Positions 30,251 through 39,826 of a stretch of 64,000 nt of DNA are shown piece after piece. The DNA lies in NCBI GenBank assembly GCA_034189385.1, contig JAXHVD010000011.1, positions 64,001 through 128,000 of the forward strand, written 5' to 3'. The position numbers and the translations under genes are program-made. The notes beneath the pieces are model-generated. The model was not told the DNA's origin. It saw nothing but the letters and a program-made list of their open reading frames with translations, and searched no databases. The stretch is from Thermodesulfobacteriota bacterium. GTDB lineage: Bacteria; Desulfobacterota; Desulfobacteria; Desulfobacterales; C00003060. Position 1 is the stretch's first letter; every line of letters starts with the position of its first letter.

Positions 30251-31951
30251 ATGGCCAAAGCACAAAAAAAGCAGAACGCACCCTTTCTTGCCAAATCACC
30301 CACCGGTATCCAGGGGCTTGATGAAATCACCGCAGGCGGGCTGCCCAAGGGACGCCCCACCCTGGTGTGCGGCAGCGCAGGGTCAGGAAAGACACTGCTG
30401 GCCATGGAATTCCTTGTCAGGGGGGCTACGGAGCATGATGAGCCCGGGGTGTTCGTCTCTTTTGAAGAGACGGAAACGGATCTTGCAAACAATGTGGCCT
30501 CTCTCGGCTGGGATCTTGCCAAGCTCTCCAGGCAGAGGAAGCTTCTTGTTGAATATGTCTATATTGAACGAAGCGAGATAGAAGAGACGGGGGAGTATAA
30601 TCTGGAAGGTCTTTTCATACGGCTTCAAGATGCCATTGACACCATCGGGGCCAAGCGGATTGTCTTGGACACCATGGAGGCCCTCTTTGGCGGTTTTACC
30701 AACGACATGGTGATGCGGGCGGAGATTCGCCGCCTGTTTCGCTGGTTGAAGGAGAAAGGGCTTACAGCGATCATCACCGGGGAGCCGGGTGAAGAGACCA
30801 TGACGCGCCATGGCCTGGAGGAATATGTCTCTGATTGTGTGATTCAGCTGGATCACAGGATTTGTGAACAGGTGGGCACCAGGCGCATGCGGATCGTCAA
30901 GTATCGGGGTTCTTCCCATGGGACGAATGAGTACCCCTTTCTGATCGAAGAGAAGGGGGTCTCTATACTGCCCATTACCTCCCTGGGTCTGGATTACGGT
31001 GTGACCACCCAGAGGATCGCCACGGGCATCAAACGTCTGGACACCATGCTGGGGGGAAAGGGCTATTACAGGGGCACGAGTATCCTGGTATCGGGTACGG
31101 CTGGCACGGGCAAGAGCTCCCTTGCAGCATCCTTTGCAGACGCGGCCTGTGGCCGGGGGGAACGAGCCCTATATCTCTCGTTTGAGGAGGCGCCAAAGCA
31201 GATCATGAGAAACATGCGCTCCGTGGGGATTGTGCTTGAACCGTGGGTGAAGGAGGGTTTGCTCCGATTTCAGGCAGTGCGGGCATCCACGTACGGCCTG
31301 GAGATGCATCTGGCCCTTTTGCACAGGGAGGTGAATGACTTCAACCCCCAGGTCGTGGTCATGGACCCCATATCCAACCTCGGCGAGGCGACAACTGAAG
31401 TCGAAGTGAAGGGCATGCTGTGCCGGGTCATTGACTTTCTAAAGATGCAAAAGATCACCGCCTTCTTCACCGATCTTACCCGTGGAGGCACCTCCTTGGA
31501 GGCCACGGAATCGGCCATCTCATCTCTCATGGACACCTGGATACTGCTCAGGGATATCGAATACCAGGGAGAACGCAACCGGGGGATGTATGTTTTAAAA
31601 TCCCGCGGCATGGCCCACTCCAACCAGATTCGCGAGTTTGTGATCACTGATAAGGGGCTCGACCTCCTCAACGTGTATGCGGGCCCTGAGGGCGTGCTCA
31701 CCGGCACGGGCCGGATGGCCCAAGAAGCACAAGAAAAGGCAGCCAAGCTCCTCCGTCATGAAGAGAAGTCCTTTAAAAAACGAGAACTCGAGCGCAAGCG
31801 CATGGCCTTTGAGGCCCGCATGGCAGCCCTGCGGGCAGAATTTGAGGGGGAGGAAGAAGAGCTGAAGAAATCCATGGGAGAGGCTGAACTGAGGGAGCGC
31901 GTCCTTACGGAGGACCGCAAGGCCATGGGAAAAGCCAGGGGCAAAGACTAA
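30251..31951 (+). CDS. kaiC: KaiC, double-domain, with C-terminal coiled coil
   Basis: Walker A GSAGSGKT and GTAGTGKS, two SFEE motifs, KYRGS/KSRGM, phosphosite region ISSLMDTW; RBS AGGAGG. Confidence 0.96.
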   Translation: MAKAQKKQNAPFLAKSPTGIQGLDEITAGGLPKGRPTLVCGSAGSGKTLLAMEFLVRGATEHDEPGVFVSFEETETDLANNVASLGWDLAKLSRQRKLLVEYVYIERSEIEETGEYNLEGLFIRLQDAIDTIGAKRIVLDTMEALFGGFTNDMVMRAEIRRLFRWLKEKGLTAIITGEPGEETMTRHGLEEYVSDCVIQLDHRICEQVGTRRMRIVKYRGSSHGTNEYPFLIEEKGVSILPITSLGLDYGVTTQRIATGIKRLDTMLGGKGYYRGTSILVSGTAGTGKSSLAASFADAACGRGERALYLSFEEAPKQIMRNMRSVGIVLEPWVKEGLLRFQAVRASTYGLEMHLALLHREVNDFNPQVVVMDPISNLGEATTEVEVKGMLCRVIDFLKMQKITAFFTDLTRGGTSLEATESAISSLMDTWILLRDIEYQGERNRGMYVLKSRGMAHSNQIREFVITDKGLDLLNVYAGPEGVLTGTGRMAQEAQEKAAKLLRHEEKSFKKRELERKRMAFEARMAALRAEFEGEEEELKKSMGEAELRERVLTEDRKAMGKARGKD

Positions 31952-32074
31952 TACCAAGTTGCATTCAAAAAGATAGTAAGGCGGCAAGGAGGTTTTCCCG
32001 CAGGCGTATATGCAATACGCCGAGGACAGAACCGACGAAGCCAACGCAGCTAGAATTTGAATGCGACTTGGTAT
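31951..32074. mobile_element. MITE-like element with 19-bp terminal inverted repeats
   Basis: ATACCAAGTTGCATTCAAA / TTTGAATGCGACTTGGTAT (18/19); internal hairpin GGCGTAT-ATGCA-ATACGCC. Confidence 0.8.
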
Positions 32075-32100
32075 AAAGCGTATTGAAGGAGAGAAAGACT

Positions 32101-32415
32101 ATGCCAGCCAAGAAGAAGGCAGAGACAACGGCCAAGGCCGAGAAATGGGAACTGCGGCTCTACGTGGCCGGTCAGACACCCAACTGCGTCAAGGCCTTTT
32201 CCAATCTCAAAAAGATCTGCGAGGAACACCTTAAAGGCAGGTATACGATCGAGGTGATCGACCTTCTAGAAAACCCGCAGCTGGCCAAAGGGGACCAGAT
32301 CACGGCTATTCCGACCCTCTTGCGAAGGCTGCCGGAGCCTGTGAGAAAGATCGTTGGAAACCTGTCCAAGACGGAACGGGTGCTCGTGGGCCTTGACGTC
32401 AAACCCCGCACTTAA
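32101..32415 (+). CDS. kaiB: KaiB, copy 1
   Basis: [37 protein letters not shown]. Confidence 0.95.
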   Translation: MPAKKKAETTAKAEKWELRLYVAGQTPNCVKAFSNLKKICEEHLKGRYTIEVIDLLENPQLAKGDQITAIPTLLRRLPEPVRKIVGNLSKTERVLVGLDVKPRT

Positions 32416-32505
32416 GGGATTGACTATTTACGATCGCTGATTGGAAGGCCATTGAGAAGAGAGAGAAGCATTAAAATGCCAGAGATCACCACAAGGGGGA
32501 TGGGC

Positions 32506-32859
32506 ATGGCAGAGAAGAAGAGGGTAGACAAACCGAACGACAAGGTAGAAGCCTTTAAAAAGGCGGCCAAAGACCTGGAGGAAGAGAAATACGTCCTTCG
32601 GCTCTTTGTCACCGGCCAAACGCCCAAGTCCACAAGGGCCATTTCCAACATAAAGGAGATCTGTGAGGGTCATCTGAAAGGCCGCTATGAGCTTGAAGTC
32701 GTTGACCTTTACCAATATCCCAAACTGGCCAAGGGGGAGCAGATCATCGCCCTGCCCACCCTTGTCAAGAAACTGCCTCTGCCCATACGAAGGCTTGTGG
32801 GAGAGCTCTCTGACACAGAAAAGGTCCTCTTTGGCCTGGATATTAAGGAACAGCCGTAA
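32506..32859 (+). CDS. kaiB: KaiB, copy 2
   Basis: YVLRLFVTGQTPKS, ICEGHL, LEVVDLYQYPKLA, IIALPTLVKKLP; start could be 32476 or 32500. Confidence 0.95.
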   Translation: MAEKKRVDKPNDKVEAFKKAAKDLEEEKYVLRLFVTGQTPKSTRAISNIKEICEGHLKGRYELEVVDLYQYPKLAKGEQIIALPTLVKKLPLPIRRLVGELSDTEKVLFGLDIKEQP

Positions 32860-32871
32860 AACGAGGTTGTG

Positions 32872-35748
32872 ATGAGCAGGAAAACCAAGGCCCAACTTTT
32901 GGAAGAGATCCATGAGCTGGAGCGTCGATTGGAAGAGGCTGAAGAGGCGCTGCAGGCCATCCGCAGCGGCGAGGTGGATGCCATCTATGTGGAAGGGCCT
33001 GAAGGGGATCGCCTGTTTACCTTAAAGGGAGCAGATCAGACCTATCGCACACTGATAGAGGATATGCATCAAGGGGCCGTTACCACCACAGCGGACGGGA
33101 CCATCATCTACGCCAACAAGGCCTTTGCAAAGACGATGCAAACGCATTGCGAACGCATTGTTGGATCTTCCATTCATCAATACATCGCCCCCGAAGACAG
33201 ACCCATGTTTCAGGCCCTCTTTGAGCAGGGGCTTGAGGAACCAGCAAAGGGCGAAGTGACAGTGCATGTGGAGGAAGGTTCTCCTGCGCCCGTCTATGTT
33301 TCCATCAACACGGTTTCTTCAGAAGGTGAGCCGTTACTCTGTGTGACGGTCACAGACCTGACAGAGCAAAAACGTCAGGGAGAAATTGTGAAATCAGAGA
33401 GACTCTCCCGTGCCATCTTAGAAGCGGCCGGTGAGGCTGTGTTGGTCTGCGATCATGATGGAAAGATCATTCGTGCCAACCATGCCGCACGAGGGCTTGT
33501 TGAATATCCCCTCCTGCTCAAGTCTTTTGACGACACATTTCGATTCGAGGCGACATCCAAAACGCATCATGAGACGTCCGCACCATTTTCAATATCTCCT
33601 GTGCTCAAAGGGGATTCCCTTTATGGCATAGAGGTATTGCTCAGGAAAAAGAACAAAGAAGCGTGCTATTTGCTACTCAGTGCCACCCCTTTGCGCAGCG
33701 AGGAGGACGTTGTGGGGTGTGTGGTGGTCCTGACGGATACGTCAGAGTTGAAAAGGCTGTCAAGGAACCTCGCAGCCGAAAGGGAACGATTGAACGTCAC
33801 CTTGTTATCCATCGGGGATGGCGTGATTGTCACGGATTTGGAAGGAAGGGTTCAATTAATAAACCGCGTGGCGGAATCCCTCACCGGGTGGTCTCAAAAA
33901 GAGGCCAGTGGCCGATCCCTGCATGAGGTGTTCCACATCATCAATGAAAAAACCCGACAGCCTTGTGAAAACCCTGTTGAGAAAGTTCTGGAAACCGGAC
34001 GAATTGTAGGCCTTGCCAATGACACCGTCCTCATATCCAGGGATGGTGCTGAGATAGCCGTTGCTGACAGTGGATCTCCGATCTTGAGCAAGGACGGGGA
34101 TATCATTGGTGTGGTCTTGGTATTTCGGGATATCACGGAGCGCAGGCAGGCAGAGGAGGCGCTGAAGGAGAGCGAAAATTTACTCAAAAAAACACAAGAA
34201 ATCGCCCATGTGGGTAGCTGGAGCCTCGACTTGCAAGAAAATCAGCTCTACTGGTCTGACGAGGTATACCGGATTTTCGGTTTGAAGCCCCAAGAGTTCG
34301 CTGCAACGTATGAGGCCTTTCTGGCATCCGTCCATTTCGAGGATCGAGAGATGGTGGATAAGGCCTACAACGAGGCCATAAGAAACCACAAACCTTACGA
34401 GATTGTCCATCGAGTCCTCCGCCCCGATGGTGAGGTCAGAGTTGTCCATGAGAAATCTGAGGATATTTCGGACGAATCTGGAAAGACCATCCGTTCCATG
34501 GGCATGGTTCATGACATCACTGAGCGCCATCGAGTGGAAGAGGCACTTCGAGACGCTCACGAGGGCTTGGAGCGACGCGTGAAAGAGCGCACCGCTACGC
34601 TTGCGCACATCAATCAGGAACTAAAGAGGGAAATAAAAGAGAGGAAACGCACACAGCAGGCCCTCAGAGAAAGCCAGGAAAAGGTCCGAAAGGTCAATCT
34701 GGCCTTGGATCGCGGCCTGTCCGAGGTCTTCGATGCCCTGCGAAAGATTGCCTCCGGAGACCCCTCTGTGAGAATACCGGAGACCTCTGAACTGGACCTC
34801 CTCGTCAGGCTAAAACGCGCCGTAAACGCCACCGCCCAAGACCTTGCAACGATTATCAATCTTACCCACGAGTTCGCCATCGGTCTTGCTGAGTACTTTG
34901 ATGTGTTGCAAAGGGTCTCAAGAGGTGATTTCACTGCCCGCGTATCTGGCCATTCACCCGTAGACCTGTTGGGGGCCCTGAAAAGGAATATCAACCAAAT
35001 GATTCAGGACATCTCTACAGAGATCGCCGAGCGCAAGCGCACAGAACAGGCGCTGCAGGCATCAGAGGAAGAGCTCCGGCGTTTGTCATCTCGACTGCTG
35101 CAAGTCCAGGAGGCCGAAAGAGAGAAGATCTCCAGAGAACTTCACGACAGCATTGGTCAAGGTCTGGCGGCCACGAAATTTGGCGTAGAAAACTGTCTTG
35201 ATAGAATGCGTCAGATCGCAGATAAGGAAACGGTGAAATCGCTGGAAGCCCTTGTCCTCGTGGTTCAACGGGCCAGCGAGGAGGTTCGGCAGATTCATAC
35301 GGATTTGCGACCCTCTATGCTGGATGACCTGGGGATCATCGCCACTATCTCCTGGTTCTGCCGGGAATTTCAGGGACTCTATGGGGGTCTCACGATTGAG
35401 CAACAGATTGACATCGAAGAGAAACAGGTGGCCGATTCGCTGAAGATCGTGATCTTCAGACTCCTTCAGGAGGCCCTGAGCAACGCGGCCAAACATGGCA
35501 AGGGAAATACGGTGTTGGTTTCCTTACAACAAGTAAAAGGCCACATAGAACTGGCCATCAAAGATAGTGGCCAAGGATTTGATGTGGACCAGGCCCTCTC
35601 GACCAAGAGCCTGAAGCGAGGGTTTGGCCTTACGAGCATGAGAGAGCGCACCGAACTTTCAGGCGGGTCCTTTTTCCTCGAGTCTGCCCCGGGGGCAGGC
35701 ACCCTAGTGCGAGCGTCCTGGCCGATGAGGCAGACCGAGCCTACTTAG
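32872..35748 (+). CDS. Kai-associated multi-PAS histidine kinase (HisKA_3 type) with tandem HAMP-like segment
   Basis: N-terminal AIRSGEVDA; four PAS/PAC units; GDPSVRI/GDFTARV; ISRELHDSIGQ, QEALSNAAKH, GFGLTSMRER; no TM. Confidence 0.92.
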   Translation: MSRKTKAQLLEEIHELERRLEEAEEALQAIRSGEVDAIYVEGPEGDRLFTLKGADQTYRTLIEDMHQGAVTTTADGTIIYANKAFAKTMQTHCERIVGSSIHQYIAPEDRPMFQALFEQGLEEPAKGEVTVHVEEGSPAPVYVSINTVSSEGEPLLCVTVTDLTEQKRQGEIVKSERLSRAILEAAGEAVLVCDHDGKIIRANHAARGLVEYPLLLKSFDDTFRFEATSKTHHETSAPFSISPVLKGDSLYGIEVLLRKKNKEACYLLLSATPLRSEEDVVGCVVVLTDTSELKRLSRNLAAERERLNVTLLSIGDGVIVTDLEGRVQLINRVAESLTGWSQKEASGRSLHEVFHIINEKTRQPCENPVEKVLETGRIVGLANDTVLISRDGAEIAVADSGSPILSKDGDIIGVVLVFRDITERRQAEEALKESENLLKKTQEIAHVGSWSLDLQENQLYWSDEVYRIFGLKPQEFAATYEAFLASVHFEDREMVDKAYNEAIRNHKPYEIVHRVLRPDGEVRVVHEKSEDISDESGKTIRSMGMVHDITERHRVEEALRDAHEGLERRVKERTATLAHINQELKREIKERKRTQQALRESQEKVRKVNLALDRGLSEVFDALRKIASGDPSVRIPETSELDLLVRLKRAVNATAQDLATIINLTHEFAIGLAEYFDVLQRVSRGDFTARVSGHSPVDLLGALKRNINQMIQDISTEIAERKRTEQALQASEEELRRLSSRLLQVQEAEREKISRELHDSIGQGLAATKFGVENCLDRMRQIADKETVKSLEALVLVVQRASEEVRQIHTDLRPSMLDDLGIIATISWFCREFQGLYGGLTIEQQIDIEEKQVADSLKIVIFRLLQEALSNAAKHGKGNTVLVSLQQVKGHIELAIKDSGQGFDVDQALSTKSLKRGFGLTSMRERTELSGGSFFLESAPGAGTLVRASWPMRQTEPT

Positions 35749-36013
35749 CCTCATCCCCAAAAGCCCCTCTTCTCCCCTCTCCACGTATGCCCCGTGATAG
35801 GCGATCGCCTCCTCTGCCTCTCATCAACGCCCCTTCGCCCGACCCCTTTTGTTGGCTGCTGGAACGGGGGGATTTCTTCTGTTGCAAGACACTCCGATGT
35901 TCTGTGCCTGAGGTGGAAGCATTCGGCTGGGCTTACACAAGATTTCACTCATGAAGAGAAAAGGTCGACGATGGCATGGCCATACGACATCGAAATAGGG
36001 TCTGATTCGTTCT

Positions 36014-36037
36014 AAAATGGGGTATTCACCCCATTTT
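36014..36037. promoter_or_regulatory. Palindrome, candidate operator
   Basis: AAAATGGGGT-ATTC-ACCCCATTTT, perfect 10-bp arms. Confidence 0.5.
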
Positions 36038-36205
36038 GTTTCACGGTCTCCCATGCTATCCGGGGACCTGCCGGCGGGAGATGTCTGGGGCCCGTGGCGA
36101 TATCTCTCTTCTTCCCACCATTGGGCAGAGAAGGATACATCGACCCCGGCCCCGGTGCTGCCGCCTTGCCCCTGCAGTCTCAACCAAGGTTCTCGAGGAG
36201 ACCCC

Positions 36206-36613
36206 ATGGAGACCATATTGATTGTAGATGACCAGCAATGTGTTCGAGAGTACCTGTCTGATGAACTGATCTCTGAAGGGTACGGGGTTCAAACGGCAGC
36301 AAATCCAGAATCAGTCACGAGCCATCTGGCACGTTCACGCCCCGATCTGATGCTGCTTGATCTATTTCTGGACGGACCACAGGGATTTGCCTTGTTAGAT
36401 GAGATAAGGGCCCACTATTCCGGCCTGCCGGTTATTGTCTTCACCGCCTATGATAGCTTCAAGGATGACCCCCGACTATCTTGGGTAGACGGATACGTCA
36501 TGAAGAGCTTTGACTTGCGTGAACTCAAGGAGAAGATCGCCCATGTCCTTGGAAAGATATCAGCCATTTCAATCGGTCGGCAGCAGCTCCTCTATGGCAA
36601 GCTGGGGATCTAG
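36206..36613 (+). CDS. Single-domain response regulator
   Basis: ILIVDD, DLMLLDL, IVFTAY, YVMKS; RBS GAGGAG. Confidence 0.9.
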   Translation: METILIVDDQQCVREYLSDELISEGYGVQTAANPESVTSHLARSRPDLMLLDLFLDGPQGFALLDEIRAHYSGLPVIVFTAYDSFKDDPRLSWVDGYVMKSFDLRELKEKIAHVLGKISAISIGRQQLLYGKLGI

Positions 36614-39553
36614 GGTCTCATTGGCCTTTTGGAGGCGCTCGGCCGCAGCGTAAACGGCCACGGCCGCAGATGCAGCGGCGGGGTTCAAGTACGTGTTGGC
36701 TGCCTCCATGAGGGACGCTGAGGAGGCGTGAAGGACTTCGTTTCTAAACTGCTGACGGTCATCGTCTGTGAGGCCGGCAAAATCTCGGATCATGGCCGTG
36801 TACCCCTTAGTCGACGGATCCATGGGCTTGTCCAAGGCCCCTATGGTGCCGATGATCGCCTTTTGAAGCTCTTGGGCCTCGATTTTCTCATGAGACACCA
36901 GATTCACCGCCCTATCATAAACGCCGAGGGTCTCCTCAAGGTTCGGGTCCCTGTAGGAAAGGAGAGAAAAGTCCTTGTTTAGAGGGTCGTAGCGCGACAT
37001 GCCACCGTAGGCCCCGCCCTGGACCCTGATCCGTTTGTAAAGATACCCGCTGGAGAGCTGCTTCGACAAGACCATAAGAGACGCAGAAAGGGGCTCAGCA
37101 TAGGCCGGCGCCGGAAAGACCTTTGCCACATAACAGACCTGTGCGGGAATGGCGACGCCTGCGTGGATGGAAGGCAATGGAGGGGCACTGGGGGCTTGAA
37201 GGTCCCCGCCGCCGGGCAAGCGATCTGCTAGTCTCTTTAACCCTTCTGAAAGCAGCTCGATCCCTTCTTGATCACCCGTCAGGTTCAGCACAAGCCTATG
37301 TTTTCGAAAAACCAGATCCCGGAGGTGGGCAAGCTTCTCACGGACCCCTTTTTCCTGGTCCTCAAAGCGGTCGGAAATCCTGCCCAGAAGCTGCAGAAGG
37401 GTTCTCCCCTTCCATTGTTCTTCCCGATATGCCGCCAAAGATAGGGCTGCTGCCGCGGTCCTGTGGGCGAAGGTATGCCCTAAGGGGACTACAGAGGCAT
37501 GAAGCCGGTTTTTGGCTTCTGCTACCAGGTCCCGCATGCGGCTCACATCTGAAAGGTCTCCTTGGGTGAGCAAGTCTGAGACAATGCCCATGGCATCTCC
37601 AACGTTGCGATGAAGGGCCTTGATTCTAAAGACCATCTTTTGCCAGGTCTTTTTTCCGTCAAAGGTCATGCCTGCTGTAAGATGGCAGCCAAGGCCTCCC
37701 GTCTTTAAGGCCATGCGCTTGGCCATCGCCTCATAATTCATGGCTGCTGCACCCATATTGGTCGTTAGATTGCCCAGCAACGGCAGATACGGTTGAAGGT
37801 CCTCCGGTACATCGGAGACGTCAAAGGCAAGATCAAGATAGGCGATGCCGTTTGAAAAGATCTCATGTTCCATCGTTGGAATTTCTGAGATGGTCGTCTT
37901 TGTGGTGGGAACGATTTCCACGGTGGGTGGGATGTCACTCAGCTTAGGTCTGGGAAGCGTGGCCAAGGCCTCTGGTGTGTCTGGCTCGGCCTGTATTTGG
38001 CGAAGGACTGCGGCGTCCTGCTGGATAGCCTTTAGTTCCTCAAGGGACAAAGCGGACCTCTTCTTGGCCATCTCCGCCTTGAAAGACTCTTCTTGCTTTG
38101 CCGCATAGGTCTTACTCGGTTCCGTTACACAAAGGAGCCTGTGGGGATTGTCAAGGAACCATTTTCGTATGACCTCCTGAAAGAGCCTGGGGTCGTCTTT
38201 CCATCTGTTGCGGATCTTGTCGATAAGACCTGAAAACTTGAGCCCAACCAAGGGATCGCCATCATAGAGCCACGTATGATATACCCGTTCCATCAGGCGG
38301 ATGGCATAGGGCATATGGGCGCGAGAAATCTCCTTGCCGTGGAATTCCACCTGATGAAGGGCCCCTTCAATGAGGTCGGGGTCAAAACCGCCTTCCAGCC
38401 CTTGCTTCAGGGTCTCAAGGACCAGGGCCTTAATGGAGTCTGCCTTGTCAGGATCTGTGCCCCGCAGGCCCACAGCGAATGCCACCTGCTTCAGATCCAG
38501 TTCAAGACCGGTGACCGGGGAGAGATCTTCTCCCAGGCCGGAATCGATTAACGCCTTGCGAAGGGGGCCGGCGGCCGTTCCCACCAGGGCCTGTGCAACA
38601 ATTTGAAGGAGAAGGATGGTCTCGTAATCGGAGTTTTCGGCCATCATCCATGCCACGTTTACGGCGGTCTTTCTCCCTGGGTTCTCTTCCCTGCCGATGG
38701 GATAATAGTTGTGTGTGCTGGAAGGCTTGTTCCACCTTGGTTGCGTTTCAATAGATGAATCGACCTGGACGCGATCGATCCCATGGAGCATCTCTTTTAA
38801 GAAGACCAGATGATCCTCTGTGGGGATGTTGCCGTAGAGAAAAAACCTGGCATTGGTGGGGGAGTAAAAGGTGCGGTGAAAGGCCTTGAACCCCTCATAG
38901 GTAAGAGACGGGATGACTTGTGGGTCCCCGCCTGAATCAAAGGCGTAGGTGGTGTCGGGATAGAGCCCCTGCTGGATCGGTTTGTACATGAGAGCGTTGG
39001 CAGATGAATACACCCCTTTCATCTCATTAAAAACAATACCTGAAATGGTGAGCTCGCTGTCTATGTCTTCTGGCTGCTCAAACTCCAGATGGTGGCCCTC
39101 TTGAGAAAAGGTCTCCCTGCGCAGCCGGGGTCGCAGCACAAGGTCCGTGTATACACGGGCCAGGTTGAAGAAATCATTTCGGATCTGGCTTGCCACTGGA
39201 TAGATGGTCTTGTCCGGATAGGTAAAGGCGTTGATAAAGGTCTGGAGCGACCCCCTGGCCAGTTCGTTGAACGCATCTTTTAAAGGATATCTTTCAGAAC
39301 CGGCCAACACGGAATGTTCCAGGATATGAGCCACCCCTGTGGAATCCCTGGGAGGCGTTCGGAAGCCGACGGAGTAAAGGTTTTCGGGATCATCACAGTG
39401 AAGGTGGATGACCTTGGCACCGGTCTTCTCATGTTCCATTTCATAGGCAGTCACCCGTATGTCTGGTATCTGTTCTATTCTTAGCACAGCAAAACCATGC
39501 CCCTTGTCGCCAATCTTAAGCGTCGGGGCCGGGCAGATGGAAGCGTCGTTCAT
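36569..39553 (-). CDS. M16C (presequence-protease-like) zinc metallopeptidase
   Basis: HxxEH motif HILEH, INAFTYPDKTIYP, NEMKG, RVQGGAYG, SYRDP. Confidence 0.95.
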   Translation of the reverse strand: MNDASICPAPTLKIGDKGHGFAVLRIEQIPDIRVTAYEMEHEKTGAKVIHLHCDDPENLYSVGFRTPPRDSTGVAHILEHSVLAGSERYPLKDAFNELARGSLQTFINAFTYPDKTIYPVASQIRNDFFNLARVYTDLVLRPRLRRETFSQEGHHLEFEQPEDIDSELTISGIVFNEMKGVYSSANALMYKPIQQGLYPDTTYAFDSGGDPQVIPSLTYEGFKAFHRTFYSPTNARFFLYGNIPTEDHLVFLKEMLHGIDRVQVDSSIETQPRWNKPSSTHNYYPIGREENPGRKTAVNVAWMMAENSDYETILLLQIVAQALVGTAAGPLRKALIDSGLGEDLSPVTGLELDLKQVAFAVGLRGTDPDKADSIKALVLETLKQGLEGGFDPDLIEGALHQVEFHGKEISRAHMPYAIRLMERVYHTWLYDGDPLVGLKFSGLIDKIRNRWKDDPRLFQEVIRKWFLDNPHRLLCVTEPSKTYAAKQEESFKAEMAKKRSALSLEELKAIQQDAAVLRQIQAEPDTPEALATLPRPKLSDIPPTVEIVPTTKTTISEIPTMEHEIFSNGIAYLDLAFDVSDVPEDLQPYLPLLGNLTTNMGAAAMNYEAMAKRMALKTGGLGCHLTAGMTFDGKKTWQKMVFRIKALHRNVGDAMGIVSDLLTQGDLSDVSRMRDLVAEAKNRLHASVVPLGHTFAHRTAAAALSLAAYREEQWKGRTLLQLLGRISDRFEDQEKGVREKLAHLRDLVFRKHRLVLNLTGDQEGIELLSEGLKRLADRLPGGGDLQAPSAPPLPSIHAGVAIPAQVCYVAKVFPAPAYAEPLSASLMVLSKQLSSGYLYKRIRVQGGAYGGMSRYDPLNKDFSLLSYRDPNLEETLGVYDRAVNLVSHEKIEAQELQKAIIGTIGALDKPMDPSTKGYTAMIRDFAGLTDDDRQQFRNEVLHASSASLMEAANTYLNPAAASAAVAVYAAAERLQKANETLDPQLAIEELLPTD

Positions 39554-39826
39554 TTTCAGGTATCCTCTCTTGGGTTTTGATCTACTTACAAGACGGTGTA
39601 GCCTGCCTAAACCGTATAGCACCACAGGGGACCGGTGTCCATATTGAGGTTTTAGACAGGAATCGCTTGCGGCGACACACCAAAATGAATGGCCCTAGAA
39701 CTAAATGCCCATGGGTGCGACAAATGTCTCTGGCCAGCCGCGTATTTTGCAGACTCTAGGGTGTTACGGTTTTCTTTTCCACAGAACTTTGATACTGGTC
39801 ATTCACATCATTAGAGGAGGCGTCTC

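Noticed and set aside
32428..32913. 161-aa minus-strand ORF
   Set aside because: Antisense shadow of kaiB2.
36017..36205. N-terminal extension of the response regulator
   Set aside because: Strong RBS and REC start at 36206.
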